Source of the DNA: Trichormus sp. ATA11-4-KO1
GTDB lineage: Bacteria > Cyanobacteriota > Cyanobacteriia > Cyanobacteriales > Nostocaceae
Assembly: GCA_019358915.1 (NCBI GenBank)
Contig: JAHHIM010000055.1
Coordinates: 288,001 to 352,000 of the forward strand
DNA: 64,000 nucleotides
Direction of reading: 5' to 3'
Part shown: one piece after another, positions 1-10,664 of the stretch
How the letters are laid out: each line of letters opens with the position of its first letter
Position numbering within the stretch: position 1 is the first letter of the stretch
The notes under the pieces: model-generated
What the model saw: only the letters and a program-made list of their open reading frames with translations
The model's database searches: none
Told to the model about the DNA's origin: nothing
Position numbers and translations under genes: made by a program

Positions 1-1059
1 CTTCAAACGTTGATGCCATTGTTGCTGCTTCATGCTGACATCGGCGAACGTCCAAGCATCATTCCACAAGAAATTATTGAAAATAGCAATTTCACCGGCA
101 ATAATTTTACTGCGCGTCAGGGGCAAAGCCAAGGTAGTTGGGTCGCTAAGTAAATAAAGTATTGCCATATCCACAAATACCCCACTCAGCCCCACCAACC
201 CAAAACGGAGGAATCGACCAATGGGAAACCCGATTTTTTGATTAACTCGTCCCAAAACTCCCGTGGATAATCGCAAGCGCACTAAGTGGTGTAAATATTC
301 TACATATTGCTTCCATGTGACCTTACTTTCTCCCTGTTTGCGTTCGCAAAACACATAACCAACTTCAGCAATTGTGCCTACTTTTCCCCGCCCGATTACC
401 TCTAGGAGAATTTTATATCCTACTGGATTGAGTGTTGCGCCTGCGATCGCGCTGCGACGTACCATAAAATAACCACTCATGGGGTCAGAAACTCTGCCCA
501 ACACTGCTGGTAGCAAAATCAATCCTAATACCTGGGCACCACGAGACAAAAAACGTCTGACAATACTCCAACTACTAACGCCGCCTCCTTCTATATGACG
601 GCTAGCTACTGCCAAATCTGCTCCTTGTTCAATTGCACCCAGTAGTTGTGCCAATATTTCTGGTGGATGTTGTAAATCCCCATCAATTACTCCTAAGATA
701 TGGCCTCTGGCTGCCTGCCATCCCCGAATCACCGCAGAGGACAGACCTCGTTCATGTTGGCGTCGCATGACTCGCAACTGTGGATATTCTTCTATCAGCG
801 ATTGTGCTACTTCCCAAGTGCGGTCTGGACTATCATCATCTACCACAATCAGCTCGTAGTTATCTGGTATCAACTCATCCAGTAACTGGCTTAATATTTT
901 GATAATGTTGCCAATATTATCACGTTCTTTATAAGTTGGTATTACAAGTGAAAAATAGACCGCTAGATCATCTGTATCTACACTGGCAGAGGGCAATTCA
1001 GGTATTTGTAATGTACCAGTTGGAACTTTTAATAGTGTCTCAGGTGACTTGTCATCCAT
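1..1059 (-). CDS. GT2 glycosyltransferase (polyprenol-phosphate mannosyltransferase-like) with probable C-terminal GtrA domain; runs off the window edge
   Basis: Not in the ORF track. Manual translation from ATG at 1059: MDDKSPETLLKVPTGTLQIPELPS...VYFSLVIPTYKERDNIGNIIKILSQLLDELIPDNYELIVVDDDSPDRTWEVAQ (GT2 N-terminal motifs); hydrophobic C-terminal part. Confidence 0.85.
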   Translation of the reverse strand, partial: MDDKSPETLLKVPTGTLQIPELPSASVDTDDLAVYFSLVIPTYKERDNIGNIIKILSQLLDELIPDNYELIVVDDDSPDRTWEVAQSLIEEYPQLRVMRRQHERGLSSAVIRGWQAARGHILGVIDGDLQHPPEILAQLLGAIEQGADLAVASRHIEGGGVSSWSIVRRFLSRGAQVLGLILLPAVLGRVSDPMSGYFMVRRSAIAGATLNPVGYKILLEVIGRGKVGTIAEVGYVFCERKQGESKVTWKQYVEYLHHLVRLRLSTGVLGRVNQKIGFPIGRFLRFGLVGLSGVFVDMAILYLLSDPTTLALPLTRSKIIAGEIAIFNNFLWNDAWTFADVSMKQQQWHQRLK

Positions 1060-1323
1060 AAAATCAATTGTAAATTATACGAATAATAGTATAAAAAACA
1101 CCATTTTTGTTAGGAGAAAGCTGTGATTTTACGGTTAATAATTTCTGCTATTAATTAATTACCAAACCTTGTTTCTAAGTACTATAGCCACTAGTGCTAA
1201 ATCCTTAAAATCAACATGGTAACAAGTTTTTTAAAATTACATAATGTTGCCAAAAAAGAAAACTCACAACAAATTAGCTGATTTATTGCGAAAATGAGAT
1301 ACGTAGTTTGCCTCTGAGAAACT

Positions 1324-2466
1324 GTGGCTACTGTAACTGTTGATAATATTCTTGATCGTGCCTTGATGGGGTGTGATATATCTCCGTCAGAGGGACTGGT
1401 ATTGTTAAAACAAACTGACCCAGAAGTGATCGCTGCTATTCGTTCCACGGCTGACAAACTCCGCTACACTCAAGCAGGCGATACGGTTACCTACGTAATT
1501 AACCGCAACATTAACTTTACTAATATCTGTGAGCAACACTGTAGTTTTTGTGCTTTCCGCCGAGATGAGGGTGATGCTGGTGCTTACTGGTTAGATTGGG
1601 CGCAAATTTTGGAAAAATCTACAGATGCAGTACGGCGAGGTGCAACTGAAATTTGTATGCAGGGGGGATTGAATCCACAAGCGCAGCTCAACGGTAAATC
1701 TTTACATTATTACCTGAAGCTAGTAGAAACTATTAAACAGGAATTTCCCCAGATACATCTACACGCTTTCTCCCCTCAAGAAGTGCAATTTATCGCCAGA
1801 ATTGACGGACTTGAATATGCTGATGTGATTTTGGCTTTGCAGAATGCTGGTGTTGGCTCAATGCCAGGAACAGCCGCCGAGGTGTTGGATGATGAAGTGA
1901 GGCGGATACTGTGTCCAGAGAAGATAGACACAGCCACTTGGCTAGAAATTGTCAGTACAGCTCATAAATTGGGTTTACCTACCACTAGCACCATATTATC
2001 TGGGCATATTGAAACGCCAGAACAACAAATCAGGCATTTAGAAAAATTGCGATCGCTCCAACAAACTGCCATCAATCAGGGATATCCGGCTCGTATTACT
2101 GAATTTATTCCTTTACCATTTGTTGGACAAGAAGCACCTAAATCATTACGCCGTCGTGTGGGACGCGATCAACCAGTGTTAACCGATGTACTTTTACTGA
2201 CGGCTGTAGCGCGGATTTATTTAGGCAATTGGATTCCCAATCATCAACCAAGTTGGGTAAAGTTAGGGCTTGCAGGTGCGACAGAAGCTTTAGTTTGGGG
2301 TTGTAACGATATCGGTGGCACACTCATGGAAGAACACATTACCACAATGGCAGGAGCTTTAGGCGGTACTTGTATGGAAGTCGAAACCCTGCAAACAGCG
2401 ATCGCTTCTGTAGGAAGACCCTACCAACAACGCGATACTTTGTATCACAGAGTTAAAAGTTTTTAA
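1324..2466 (+). CDS. cofH: FO (8-HDF) synthase subunit CofH, radical SAM
   Basis: [19 protein letters not shown] (CxxxCxxC), [34 protein letters not shown]. Confidence 0.9.
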   Translation: MATVTVDNILDRALMGCDISPSEGLVLLKQTDPEVIAAIRSTADKLRYTQAGDTVTYVINRNINFTNICEQHCSFCAFRRDEGDAGAYWLDWAQILEKSTDAVRRGATEICMQGGLNPQAQLNGKSLHYYLKLVETIKQEFPQIHLHAFSPQEVQFIARIDGLEYADVILALQNAGVGSMPGTAAEVLDDEVRRILCPEKIDTATWLEIVSTAHKLGLPTTSTILSGHIETPEQQIRHLEKLRSLQQTAINQGYPARITEFIPLPFVGQEAPKSLRRRVGRDQPVLTDVLLLTAVARIYLGNWIPNHQPSWVKLGLAGATEALVWGCNDIGGTLMEEHITTMAGALGGTCMEVETLQTAIASVGRPYQQRDTLYHRVKSF

Positions 2467-2591
2467 CTCCCTAATCCCTGGTTAATGAGCGCAGTCGAAG
2501 TACACTACCTACTCCCCACTCTAAGATGATCCCCAGGATACCAATCCAGGATACGATGGACGTTGATTTACGTATTATTCACTTAATGCAT

Positions 2592-2990
2592 ATGAAGCGC
2601 TATTGGTCGCGTCTACTTGCCCTGCTGTTGGTTGTCACCATTGGTTTAATGGGTTGTTCTGGCAGTCCTGACAGTTTAACAGGGGATTATCGCCAAGACA
2701 CCTTGGCTGTAGTCAATATTATGAAACAAGCTCTGGATTTACCAGAAGATTCACCAAACAAAGTAGCAATTCAAGCAGAAGCGCGTCAAAAAATTAACGA
2801 TTTTTCAGCTCGCTACCAACGGGTTAAATCGGTTTCCGGACTTAGTTCCTTTACAACCATGCGAACAGCTCTCAACTCTTTAGCTGGACACTACAGTTCA
2901 TACCCAAATCGTCCCGTACCCCAAAAGCTCAAAAATCGCCTAGAACAGGAGTTACAGCAGGTAGAGTCCGCGCTGAAGCGTGGTGCTTAA
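2592..2990 (+). CDS. psb27: Photosystem II assembly lipoprotein Psb27
   Basis: Lipobox (LMGC), LTGDYRQDT, SFTTMRTALNSLAGHYSSYPNRPVP; start moved to ATG 2592. Confidence 0.95.
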   Translation: MKRYWSRLLALLLVVTIGLMGCSGSPDSLTGDYRQDTLAVVNIMKQALDLPEDSPNKVAIQAEARQKINDFSARYQRVKSVSGLSSFTTMRTALNSLAGHYSSYPNRPVPQKLKNRLEQELQQVESALKRGA

Positions 2991-3019
2991 CTTATTCTCT
3001 CTTGTTAAAAGTCACAAGT

Positions 3020-3099
3020 TCAACGAAGTCAGAAGTCAGAGGGAAGAAGGAAGAAGCATGATCCTCCTTCTTCCTCCAAACTTCTTCCTTCTTGTTCAA
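3020..3099 (+). repeat. Miniature dispersed repeat, copy 1 (inverted relative at 48571-48670)
   Basis: TCAACGAAGTCAGAAGTCAGAG...CTCCAAACTTCTTCCTTCTTG(T)TCAA shared with the reverse complement of 48571-48670. Confidence 0.8.
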
Positions 3100-3557
3100 A
3101 TTCCAAAATTCAAAAAAGTACTCAGAGAAAAATGGGAAGCAGAAGTGCAAAGGGGAAAGACAAAGCCCTTGTCCCCTTGTCTCCACTCCCAAAAATCGCA
3201 CCTTGACCACAAAGCAAACAACCTAATTAATAGGGAATATACACAAGCATCTTCGGTAAATTAATTAATTGAAACTCCCCTAGCTTTTAGTTAGGGTATT
3301 TTTTGGCTTGACAAAATTTAAACAATCACAATAAAACTGGAATTCCCCAATCACTGGTCTTGGCCTGCTTGTCGTTCAGTGATTTTGTGCTGGAGATTAA
3401 AAATTCTTCAAAAAATCTGGCAACAGAAATAGAATTTTGGCAGTCTGGAACAGGTAAGCTACAAAACTTCTAGTTCTAAACTATAACATTTGATACATGT
3501 AGCTTTAAATTATTTGAATTAGGCTTAATTACTGATTTGTGCTTCTACTTTTTAGAT

Positions 3558-5060
3558 ATGTTTAACCGTCCCTTGAACCTTGCAAGACCAATGTTATTTT
3601 GGCAACGAAGCCTGTTTGCTGCTGTTGTTAGTAGTAGTTTCCTGATTCCTCAGGTTGGGAGTCAAGCAGCAAAGGCGCAAGTAACGGAGTATTGCCAATT
3701 ATCGCCAGCAGCAGCAAAGGCTAAAGAAGACTTACGTTTGTCAGCACTAAAAGGCAATCAAGATGTTCAGAATCGCTATCAACAACTGGTGAAACAACAT
3801 GCACAGGAATTGCAAGAGTGCCGCAAGCGTACTTGGCCTCAAATTCAAGCGGTCTGGTTACGCTTATATCCCTGTGATATTCAGCCAGGAGCAATTGACC
3901 AGGTGATGGATCGGATTGTTAACCGTGGCTATAACCAAGTTTATTTAGAAGTCTTCTACGATGGACAGGTATTATTACCAGCCATTAACAATCCTACGGT
4001 TTGGCCATCTGTAATTCGCACCCCAGGAGCCGAAAACATTGATTTACTCTCGGTAGCAATTCAAAAAGGGCGACAACGTGGTTTAAAAGTCTACGCCTGG
4101 ATGTTCACCAACAACTTCGGCTATACCTACGCTCAACGTCGAGATAGAGAAGAGGCGATCGCTCGTAATGGCAAGGGTCAAACGAGCTTATATCTTGTAG
4201 ATAATAGCTCTCAAGTATATATCGATCCCTATCACCCACAAGCGAAACGCGACTATTACCAAATGGTACAGGAAGTAGTACGCCGTCGCCCGGATGGAGT
4301 GTTATTTGACTATGTGCGTTATCCCAGACAGGCAGGAAGTGATTCTATTGCTACCAAAGTTTCAGATTTATGGCTATTCAGTCAAGCCACTCAACAAGCT
4401 TTATTTCGACGAGCGCAGAACCATAAAGGATTGGAGTTGATTAGGCGTTTTTTGAGTAAGGGATATGTAACCGCAGGAGATATCAAGGAAGTTGATCAAC
4501 TTCATCCTCAAGAAGGTGAACCTATGTGGCAAGGCCGCATTCCCCAACCAGAACAAAAATCAATCCTGTCTGCAACTGATAGACAACCAGTGTTGCAGTC
4601 GCAGTTGTGGCAACTTGCCGTAGCCCACGCCATGCAAGGTATCCTAGACTTTGTTACCTTAGCTAGTCACCCAGCCAAGCAACAAGGAATTCCTTCTGGA
4701 GCGGTGTTTTTTCCTGATGGTAACCAAGCTGTAGGACAAGGGTATGATTCCCGCTTGCAACCTTGGGATCGGTTTCCTAATTCTTTAGAATGGCATCCTA
4801 TGTCTTATGCGACTTGCGGTAATGCTAATTGCATAATGGAACAAGTGCAACGAGTTTTGAGTATGGCACAACCAGGTACACAAGTGATTCCGGCTTTAGC
4901 TGGCAAGTGGGGAGGATCAATCAGTAATCGTCCATCCCTGGAAGCACAAATGCAAGCACTGCGCCAATTTGCACCCCAACTAGCGGGAGTCAGCCATTTT
5001 GCTTATTCTTGGCAATACCCTGAACATGATAGCGATCGCAAGTTCTGTCGTGTCCAGTAA
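3558..5060 (+). CDS. Glycosyl hydrolase-like 10 (GHL10) family exported protein
   Basis: Signal-like N-terminus, AVWLRLY, GYNQVYLEVFYDGQ, GLKVYAW, DGVLFDYVRYP. Confidence 0.8.
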   Translation: MFNRPLNLARPMLFWQRSLFAAVVSSSFLIPQVGSQAAKAQVTEYCQLSPAAAKAKEDLRLSALKGNQDVQNRYQQLVKQHAQELQECRKRTWPQIQAVWLRLYPCDIQPGAIDQVMDRIVNRGYNQVYLEVFYDGQVLLPAINNPTVWPSVIRTPGAENIDLLSVAIQKGRQRGLKVYAWMFTNNFGYTYAQRRDREEAIARNGKGQTSLYLVDNSSQVYIDPYHPQAKRDYYQMVQEVVRRRPDGVLFDYVRYPRQAGSDSIATKVSDLWLFSQATQQALFRRAQNHKGLELIRRFLSKGYVTAGDIKEVDQLHPQEGEPMWQGRIPQPEQKSILSATDRQPVLQSQLWQLAVAHAMQGILDFVTLASHPAKQQGIPSGAVFFPDGNQAVGQGYDSRLQPWDRFPNSLEWHPMSYATCGNANCIMEQVQRVLSMAQPGTQVIPALAGKWGGSISNRPSLEAQMQALRQFAPQLAGVSHFAYSWQYPEHDSDRKFCRVQ

Positions 5061-5146
5061 GCAATACAATTCCAGAGGAGAAAAACAGAAGGCGTAGAGG
5101 GAGATTTATTCTTCCTTCTTCCCCTGATCATTTCATGTAACTCTAC

Positions 5147-8068
5147 TTACTTCGTCTCCATCCAATTATCACCTGCACGTACATCTACCACTAACGGCAC
5201 ACTCAAATCTACTGCATCTTCCATCACTGACTTAATTTCTGGTTTTAATTCTTCCCACTCTTGGGGAGGAACTTCAAATACTAATTCATCGTGAACTTGT
5301 AATAATAGCCGCGCCTGATATTTCTGCAAAACCTCATGTATTCGTACCATGGCAATTTTGATAATATCGGCACTGGAACCTTGAATTGGTGCATTAGCAG
5401 CAGCACGTAGTAAACCTGCATCGTAAGCACCTAAATTCTTTAATTTACTCAAGTCAATGTCTTCTGGGTTGCTGCCTTTTAATTTGCGTAGACTATTATT
5501 GGTAAATTCCAAATAGCGACGACGACCGAGAATAGTTTCCACATAACCTTGGGCGATCGCTTGTTTTTTTACCGCTTCCAAATATGTAAAAATATTGGGG
5601 TAGCGTTCGTTAAATCGCTTAATAAACTCGTTAGCAATGGCTTTATCTATTCCAGTTGAACGCGAAAACTTCAGCGAACCCATGCCATAAATCACACCAA
5701 AATTAATAGTTTTTGCTAACCTGCGTTCATCTGGTGTTATGTCATCTTTTTCAAATACCAACCGCGCTGTTACAGTGTGAATATCTTCATTTTGTTGGTA
5801 TGCCTCTACTAATATTGGTTCTTGACTTAAATGAGCCAGAATTCGCAACTCGATTTGTGAGTAATCAGCAGCAACCATTAACCAGCTTGATTCTGGCAAA
5901 AATGCCTTACGAATTTGACGACTAAAAGCTGTACGAATAGGAATGTTTTGCAAATTCGGATTAGAGGAAGATAACCTACCAGTTGATGTTGCTGTTTGAT
6001 TAAAATCAGTATGCACTCGCTGAGTATCTGAACGGACTAATGCTGGCAGCGCATCTACATAAGTAGACTTTAATTTAGATAGAGTACGGTACTCAATAAT
6101 GGCATCAACAAACCCGGTTTGATCGACTTCTTGGAGTTTTTCTAACGTCGCTGCATCTGTAGAAAAACCAGTTTGAATTTTACGAGAATATTTGGTACTT
6201 AATCCCAACTTTTCAAACAGTATTTGGCTTAATTGTTTAGGAGAACCCAAGTTAAACTTTTCTCCAGCTATTGCAGTTGCTTTCTCCTCTAACTTGGCTA
6301 AATCTATTTCTAATTGCTGGGAAAGTTCTTGGAGATATGCTGAATTAATCCGGACACCTGTATATTCCATCTGTGCTAAAACTGCTTCTAGCGGTTGTTC
6401 TACTTCTGCCAATAACTTGTGCAAAGCTGGAAATTTCTCCAGTTCCTCACGTAATTTCGGCACAAGTTGAAATGTGGCGTAGACTTGCAAACAACAATAA
6501 TTTGCTACAGCAGCAATATCTATATCAGCAATAGTTTTGCCTTTGGGAACTAAATCTAGATAATTCTGCACCATTAATCCCAAATATCGCAGCGCCAAAT
6601 CACTCAAGTTGTGGCTAGTATCTGGATTTAGCACATAACTGGCTAGCATGGGATCAAATATTACTCCCGCCAAGTTGATTTTTTGACAACGGAAAACTAA
6701 GCGGTCAAATTTACCATTCTGGAATGTTTTGGGATAGTCAGCATTTTCCAGAATTGGACGTAGTGCTTCTAACACCATATCTTTAGGTAAATTTTCCCCA
6801 GTTTTATGATTAATTGGAATATAAGCTGATTCATCAGGTTTAATTCCCCAGCAGCAGCCAATTCCGACTAATTCCGCATCCCGTGGCTCTAAATCACTAG
6901 TTTCGGTGTCCCAAGCAACAGGCGTTTCTAAGTTGGTAAATTGTTGTAATAGGTTGACTAACTCGGTGAGTTTGGCTTCTGTATTAATGATACGTGGTTG
7001 AATTAATGATGTCGGTTGCTGTGGCGCTGCGGCTGTATCTTCAGCACTGAAGAACCACATATCATCGTCTTCATCAGTATTTGGTTGTGTGATTGTTTCA
7101 GTTGATGGATTATCTACAACTTCGCCACCAAAACGTTTCTGAAGTTCGTTGACTTTGCCTAAAAAAGTTTTGAATTCTAACTTTTCTAAAATTGGTATCA
7201 GAATACTGGTGTCGAACCCTGTTAATTTGCAATCTTCTAAATCAATTTCTAAAGGAACATCTACAACGATTTTTGCTAAGTAGTGAGACCTTTGAGCGTC
7301 TTCTCTACCTGTTGCTAATTTTTTCTGGGTTGAGCCTTTAATTTCATCTAGCGCCGCATAAATCTGATCAAGCGAGCCATAGGTGCTAAGTAGTTGCACG
7401 GCTGTTTTTTCGCCAATTCCCTTGACACCGGGAATATTATCTGATTTATCGCCACAGAGGGCTTTAAAATCGACAATTTGCGTAGGTAATACGCCCAATT
7501 TTTCTTTAACTTGTTCTGTACTAAATTCAGTGATGCTGTTTGTAGAGCGCTTCAGGGCATCTGGACTAAAATTTAAAACAGTAATTTCCTGATCAGGGTC
7601 AATTAATTGAAATAAATCGCGATCGCCTGTCAAAATTTTCACTTTATACCCAGCAGCAGTTGCTTTTTGTGCTAAGGTTCCCAATACATCGTCTGCCTCA
7701 TAACCAGGCGCAGTCAAGATTGGCAAATTAAAGCCTTCCAGCAATTCGTGGAGATTTTTCAAATCAGGAACAAAATCCTCTGGCGTTCCTGGACGATCCG
7801 CTTTATATGTATCGTCAGCTTCGTGGCGAAAAGTTGGCAACCCTAAATCAAAAGCGATCGCCATTGCTTGTGGCTGTTGTGTAGCCATGACTTCCAAAAG
7901 GCACTTGAGAAAGCCAAAACATACACTGGTAGGAATCCCCGTCTTAGTACGCAGTCCGCCGTCTCGCCCTTTGGCGAAAGCAAAGTATGAACGAAAGGCC
8001 AGGGAGTGTCCATCTACAAGGATGAACGTGGGACGTGTTGCTGTTACAGAATCGGCAGTTTGAGACAT
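5147..8068 (-). CDS. polA: DNA polymerase I
   Basis: 5'-3' exo (LVDGHSLAFRSYFA, GDKSDNIPGVKGIG), 3'-5' exo (WDTET), polymerase motifs ADYSQIELR, KTINFGVIYG, QVHDELVFE. Confidence 0.98.
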   Translation of the reverse strand: MSQTADSVTATRPTFILVDGHSLAFRSYFAFAKGRDGGLRTKTGIPTSVCFGFLKCLLEVMATQQPQAMAIAFDLGLPTFRHEADDTYKADRPGTPEDFVPDLKNLHELLEGFNLPILTAPGYEADDVLGTLAQKATAAGYKVKILTGDRDLFQLIDPDQEITVLNFSPDALKRSTNSITEFSTEQVKEKLGVLPTQIVDFKALCGDKSDNIPGVKGIGEKTAVQLLSTYGSLDQIYAALDEIKGSTQKKLATGREDAQRSHYLAKIVVDVPLEIDLEDCKLTGFDTSILIPILEKLEFKTFLGKVNELQKRFGGEVVDNPSTETITQPNTDEDDDMWFFSAEDTAAAPQQPTSLIQPRIINTEAKLTELVNLLQQFTNLETPVAWDTETSDLEPRDAELVGIGCCWGIKPDESAYIPINHKTGENLPKDMVLEALRPILENADYPKTFQNGKFDRLVFRCQKINLAGVIFDPMLASYVLNPDTSHNLSDLALRYLGLMVQNYLDLVPKGKTIADIDIAAVANYCCLQVYATFQLVPKLREELEKFPALHKLLAEVEQPLEAVLAQMEYTGVRINSAYLQELSQQLEIDLAKLEEKATAIAGEKFNLGSPKQLSQILFEKLGLSTKYSRKIQTGFSTDAATLEKLQEVDQTGFVDAIIEYRTLSKLKSTYVDALPALVRSDTQRVHTDFNQTATSTGRLSSSNPNLQNIPIRTAFSRQIRKAFLPESSWLMVAADYSQIELRILAHLSQEPILVEAYQQNEDIHTVTARLVFEKDDITPDERRLAKTINFGVIYGMGSLKFSRSTGIDKAIANEFIKRFNERYPNIFTYLEAVKKQAIAQGYVETILGRRRYLEFTNNSLRKLKGSNPEDIDLSKLKNLGAYDAGLLRAAANAPIQGSSADIIKIAMVRIHEVLQKYQARLLLQVHDELVFEVPPQEWEELKPEIKSVMEDAVDLSVPLVVDVRAGDNWMETK

Positions 8069-8530
8069 AGCCCTATTTTAGCCAGAAGCTTTGGTCATAG
8101 AACTAGTGGGCCAGTTCTTTGTTCAATTTTGAAGACTGTGAAATAGTTTCAGCAGAGCAATTATTTCAACATCCGTATAAAAAGCATTAGATTTGTAGAT
8201 TTAGTACGGAAGCAAATTTGAACTAGCTTTTAAAGTAGCAGTTATCAACTGCGTATACTCTTCAGGTGATTTCTTTCACTCCTTATCCACGTAGCGGATA
8301 CACCAGAAGGAGTAAGCTCAATCATGACTTTGGTGAGTGCTTACCAGCATCAAAGTCTCTTTTCATTAACAAAACTTTATATATATGTTCTTAAAGATGT
8401 ATCTGTCGAACTTATTTCATAATCAAAGCTTTACATAAATTTAAGTATATTTATCAAGCCTACAAGCGAAATTTCAGAGTTAGAAATAAGTTGTAATCAT
8501 GCAATCGTTAGTTTGAGAAATCCATTTTCC

Positions 8531-9247
8531 ATGACAACAAAACTACTCAATTCTTTAGCTGCTGCTACAACTTTGGCAGGAATCATGGCAACAGCCGGAG
8601 TTGCTAATGCAGCTTCCCTCTCATTCACCACTTCCACTGATTTCGAGCTGACAGACATTATTAACTCAGTTCTCAACATTCAAAAGTTTGATTCATCTCT
8701 CGGTACTCTCAATAGCGTTAAGCTAGATTTTGTCAGTGACTTAACTGGAAGTGCCGGATTTGAAAATAGAGGTGCTGGAGCGTCTACAATCACAGTTAGG
8801 TTAGGTGCTGATATTTCATTGCAGCAACCTGACTTACAACTAGAACCTCCCTTTCCAATTAGTCCAGAGAGTTCTCAAACATACCAAGTTAGTGCCTTTG
8901 ATGGCACAGTTGATTTTGCTGGTACTTCCGGAAGAACTGTTCAAGGGCTAACGGCAACTCAATCCACCACTACAATGTTCACTGATGCCTCATCCTTACA
9001 GACATTTACTGGTGTTGGCAACCTAGACTTTTTATTCTCAGCTTTAGCTACCTCAGGGGTAACAGGCTCAGGCAATATCAGTTCTTTTGTTGATACATTT
9101 GCCAAAGCAAGTCTCAAAGTCACATATGACTATGATGAGTTGACGACTGTACCTGAACCTTCCGCCGCTCTGGGAATTGGTTTAATTGCCGGGCTTGGTT
9201 TGTTATCACAACGCAAAAAAAGCTGGTTCAAGATTACCAATTCATAG
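8531..9247 (+). CDS. PEP-CTERM sorting-domain surface protein (choice-of-anchor E-like)
   Basis: Signal peptide ending ANA, KFDSSLGTLNSVKL motif, C-terminal VPEPS + TM helix + RKK. Confidence 0.85.
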   Translation: MTTKLLNSLAAATTLAGIMATAGVANAASLSFTTSTDFELTDIINSVLNIQKFDSSLGTLNSVKLDFVSDLTGSAGFENRGAGASTITVRLGADISLQQPDLQLEPPFPISPESSQTYQVSAFDGTVDFAGTSGRTVQGLTATQSTTTMFTDASSLQTFTGVGNLDFLFSALATSGVTGSGNISSFVDTFAKASLKVTYDYDELTTVPEPSAALGIGLIAGLGLLSQRKKSWFKITNS

Positions 9248-9255
9248 ACTTTTGG

Positions 9256-9282
9256 GAAAGGGTGGTAAAAACCCACCCTTTC
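9256..9282 (+). terminator. Hairpin after the PEP-CTERM gene
   Basis: GAAAGGGTGG-N7-CCACCCTTTC. Confidence 0.65.
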
Positions 9283-9316
9283 TCAGTTTCCAAATCATTT
9301 CTTGCCGTTGACATTT

Positions 9317-9344
9317 AACTATCATTGATAGTTCCTGGTATAAT
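9317..9344 (+). promoter_or_regulatory. 17-bp palindromic operator plus extended -10 promoter
   Basis: AACTATCATTGATAGTT (9317-9333) followed by TG-G-TATAAT (9336-9344). Confidence 0.55.
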
Positions 9345-9350
9345 CAACAG

Positions 9351-9455
9351 CTGCGTAGTAATTTCCATGTTTTTCTCTAGGTGTTTAAATAGCTGCTTCT
9401 GTCAAGCTATGAAAATTAAATCTAAAAAACCCGGATACATGATCCGGGTTTTTTA
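9351..9455 (+). ncRNA. Candidate unannotated ~100 nt sRNA
   Basis: Extended -10 upstream, a strong intrinsic terminator at its 3' end, no meaningful ORF. Confidence 0.4.
9423..9455. terminator. Bidirectional intrinsic terminator
   Basis: TAAAAAACCCGGAT-acatg-ATCCGGGTTTTTTA, perfect 14-bp arms. Confidence 0.85.
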
Positions 9456-9680
9456 TTGTGAATATGAGACCCCATAAATCGCCATTGTGACCATAATTAT
9501 GCAGCAAAATTCGGATATCGGGAGTTATATTATCTCACTTTGGACTGGCACCATTGCACAAACATCCTGGTATACTCCCTCTGCTTCCCTAAATGTATTG
9601 CACCTCTGTTATGATCACTTCCCACTGCCTCCTAGAGCCTGTTAACCTCATACTGGGAGTTTAACCTTGATGGGAAATTT

Positions 9681-10556
9681 ATGCACAAAGCATCTGCCGT
9701 TGACTTGGCATCCACTGTTAATCTAGCCATAGCTGCAAAGGACATTAAATTACTGGTTTTAGATATAGATGGCACAATTTCTGGACAATCCAATACATTG
9801 AGCGAACCTGTAAAGCAAGCGATCGCATCGGTGCAAGCTCAAGGAATTCAAGTAGCGATCGCTACTGGTCGTATGTATTGTTCAGCCTTACGCTTTCATC
9901 AAGAAATTAACTCTACTCTACCGTTGATGGCCTATCAGGGAGCCTGGATTCAAGACCCAGCCAATCAGAAAATTCATCGGCATTTAGCTGTTTCCAGAGA
10001 AATTGCTCACCAGTTACTAGACTATTTTGAACAGCCGCACTTGCGATCGCTTTTATCTGTGCATTTTTATATCAATGACCAGCTTTATGTGCGGGAGTTA
10101 ACCCCAGAAACCCAAATTTATGCAGCCCGGTCTGGTATTACGCCGATTCCTGTGGGTGATTTGCGCCAAGTCTTAACGAATGAACCCACAAAAGTCTTGG
10201 CTTTGTCCGATGACACAAATGTCATCAATGAGCTATTGGGGAATTTGCGTCGCCAATACACACCGGCTGAACTTTATCTGACAACATCTGTTGCTACCTT
10301 TTTTGAAGCAACTAATGCTTTTGTGAATAAAGGAACTGCTGTGCGCTACTTAGCAGAAGAATTGCTAGGATTACAAAGAACCAATGTCATGACCATTGGT
10401 GATAATTTCAACGACTTAGAAATGCTAGAATATGCTGGCATTGGTGTAGCTATGGGTAATGCACCAGCAGGTGTGCAAGCGATCGCCCAGTGGGTAGCTC
10501 CTAGCGTAGAGGAAGATGGCGCTGCACAGGCAATCAAAAAATTTTTACTGTCGTAA
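9681..10556 (+). CDS. Cof-type HAD-IIB hydrolase
   Basis: LVLDIDGT, ATGR, NKG, GDNFNDLEML, AMGNA. Confidence 0.92.
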   Translation: MHKASAVDLASTVNLAIAAKDIKLLVLDIDGTISGQSNTLSEPVKQAIASVQAQGIQVAIATGRMYCSALRFHQEINSTLPLMAYQGAWIQDPANQKIHRHLAVSREIAHQLLDYFEQPHLRSLLSVHFYINDQLYVRELTPETQIYAARSGITPIPVGDLRQVLTNEPTKVLALSDDTNVINELLGNLRRQYTPAELYLTTSVATFFEATNAFVNKGTAVRYLAEELLGLQRTNVMTIGDNFNDLEMLEYAGIGVAMGNAPAGVQAIAQWVAPSVEEDGAAQAIKKFLLS

Positions 10557-10597
10557 GGGTACTTTTTGTAGGTCTACCCTATACAAATCTATATGAA

Positions 10598-10664
10598 ATC
10601 AGAAAGGACACCGACGACTGGCCGTGTTTCGTCTCGGTGTCCTTGCTGGTTCGCTCCTCACACA
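10598..10664 (-). ncRNA. yfr2: Yfr2 family small RNA
   Basis: Minus strand starts GTGTGAGGAG (10663-10654); 11-bp stem AAGGACACCGA/TCGGTGTCCTT with GAAACACGG in the loop region; -10 TATATT at 10671-10676. Confidence 0.8.

Noticed and set aside
1324..2466. cofH without adjacent cofG as an anomaly
   Set aside because: Unlinked cofG and cofH are usual in cyanobacteria.
2980..3264. ORFs 2980-3264 and 2992-3210
   Set aside because: They translate through repeat elements and have low-complexity products.
5147..8068. Possible intein or insertion in polA
   Set aside because: Length and motifs are normal; only an acidic linker between domains.
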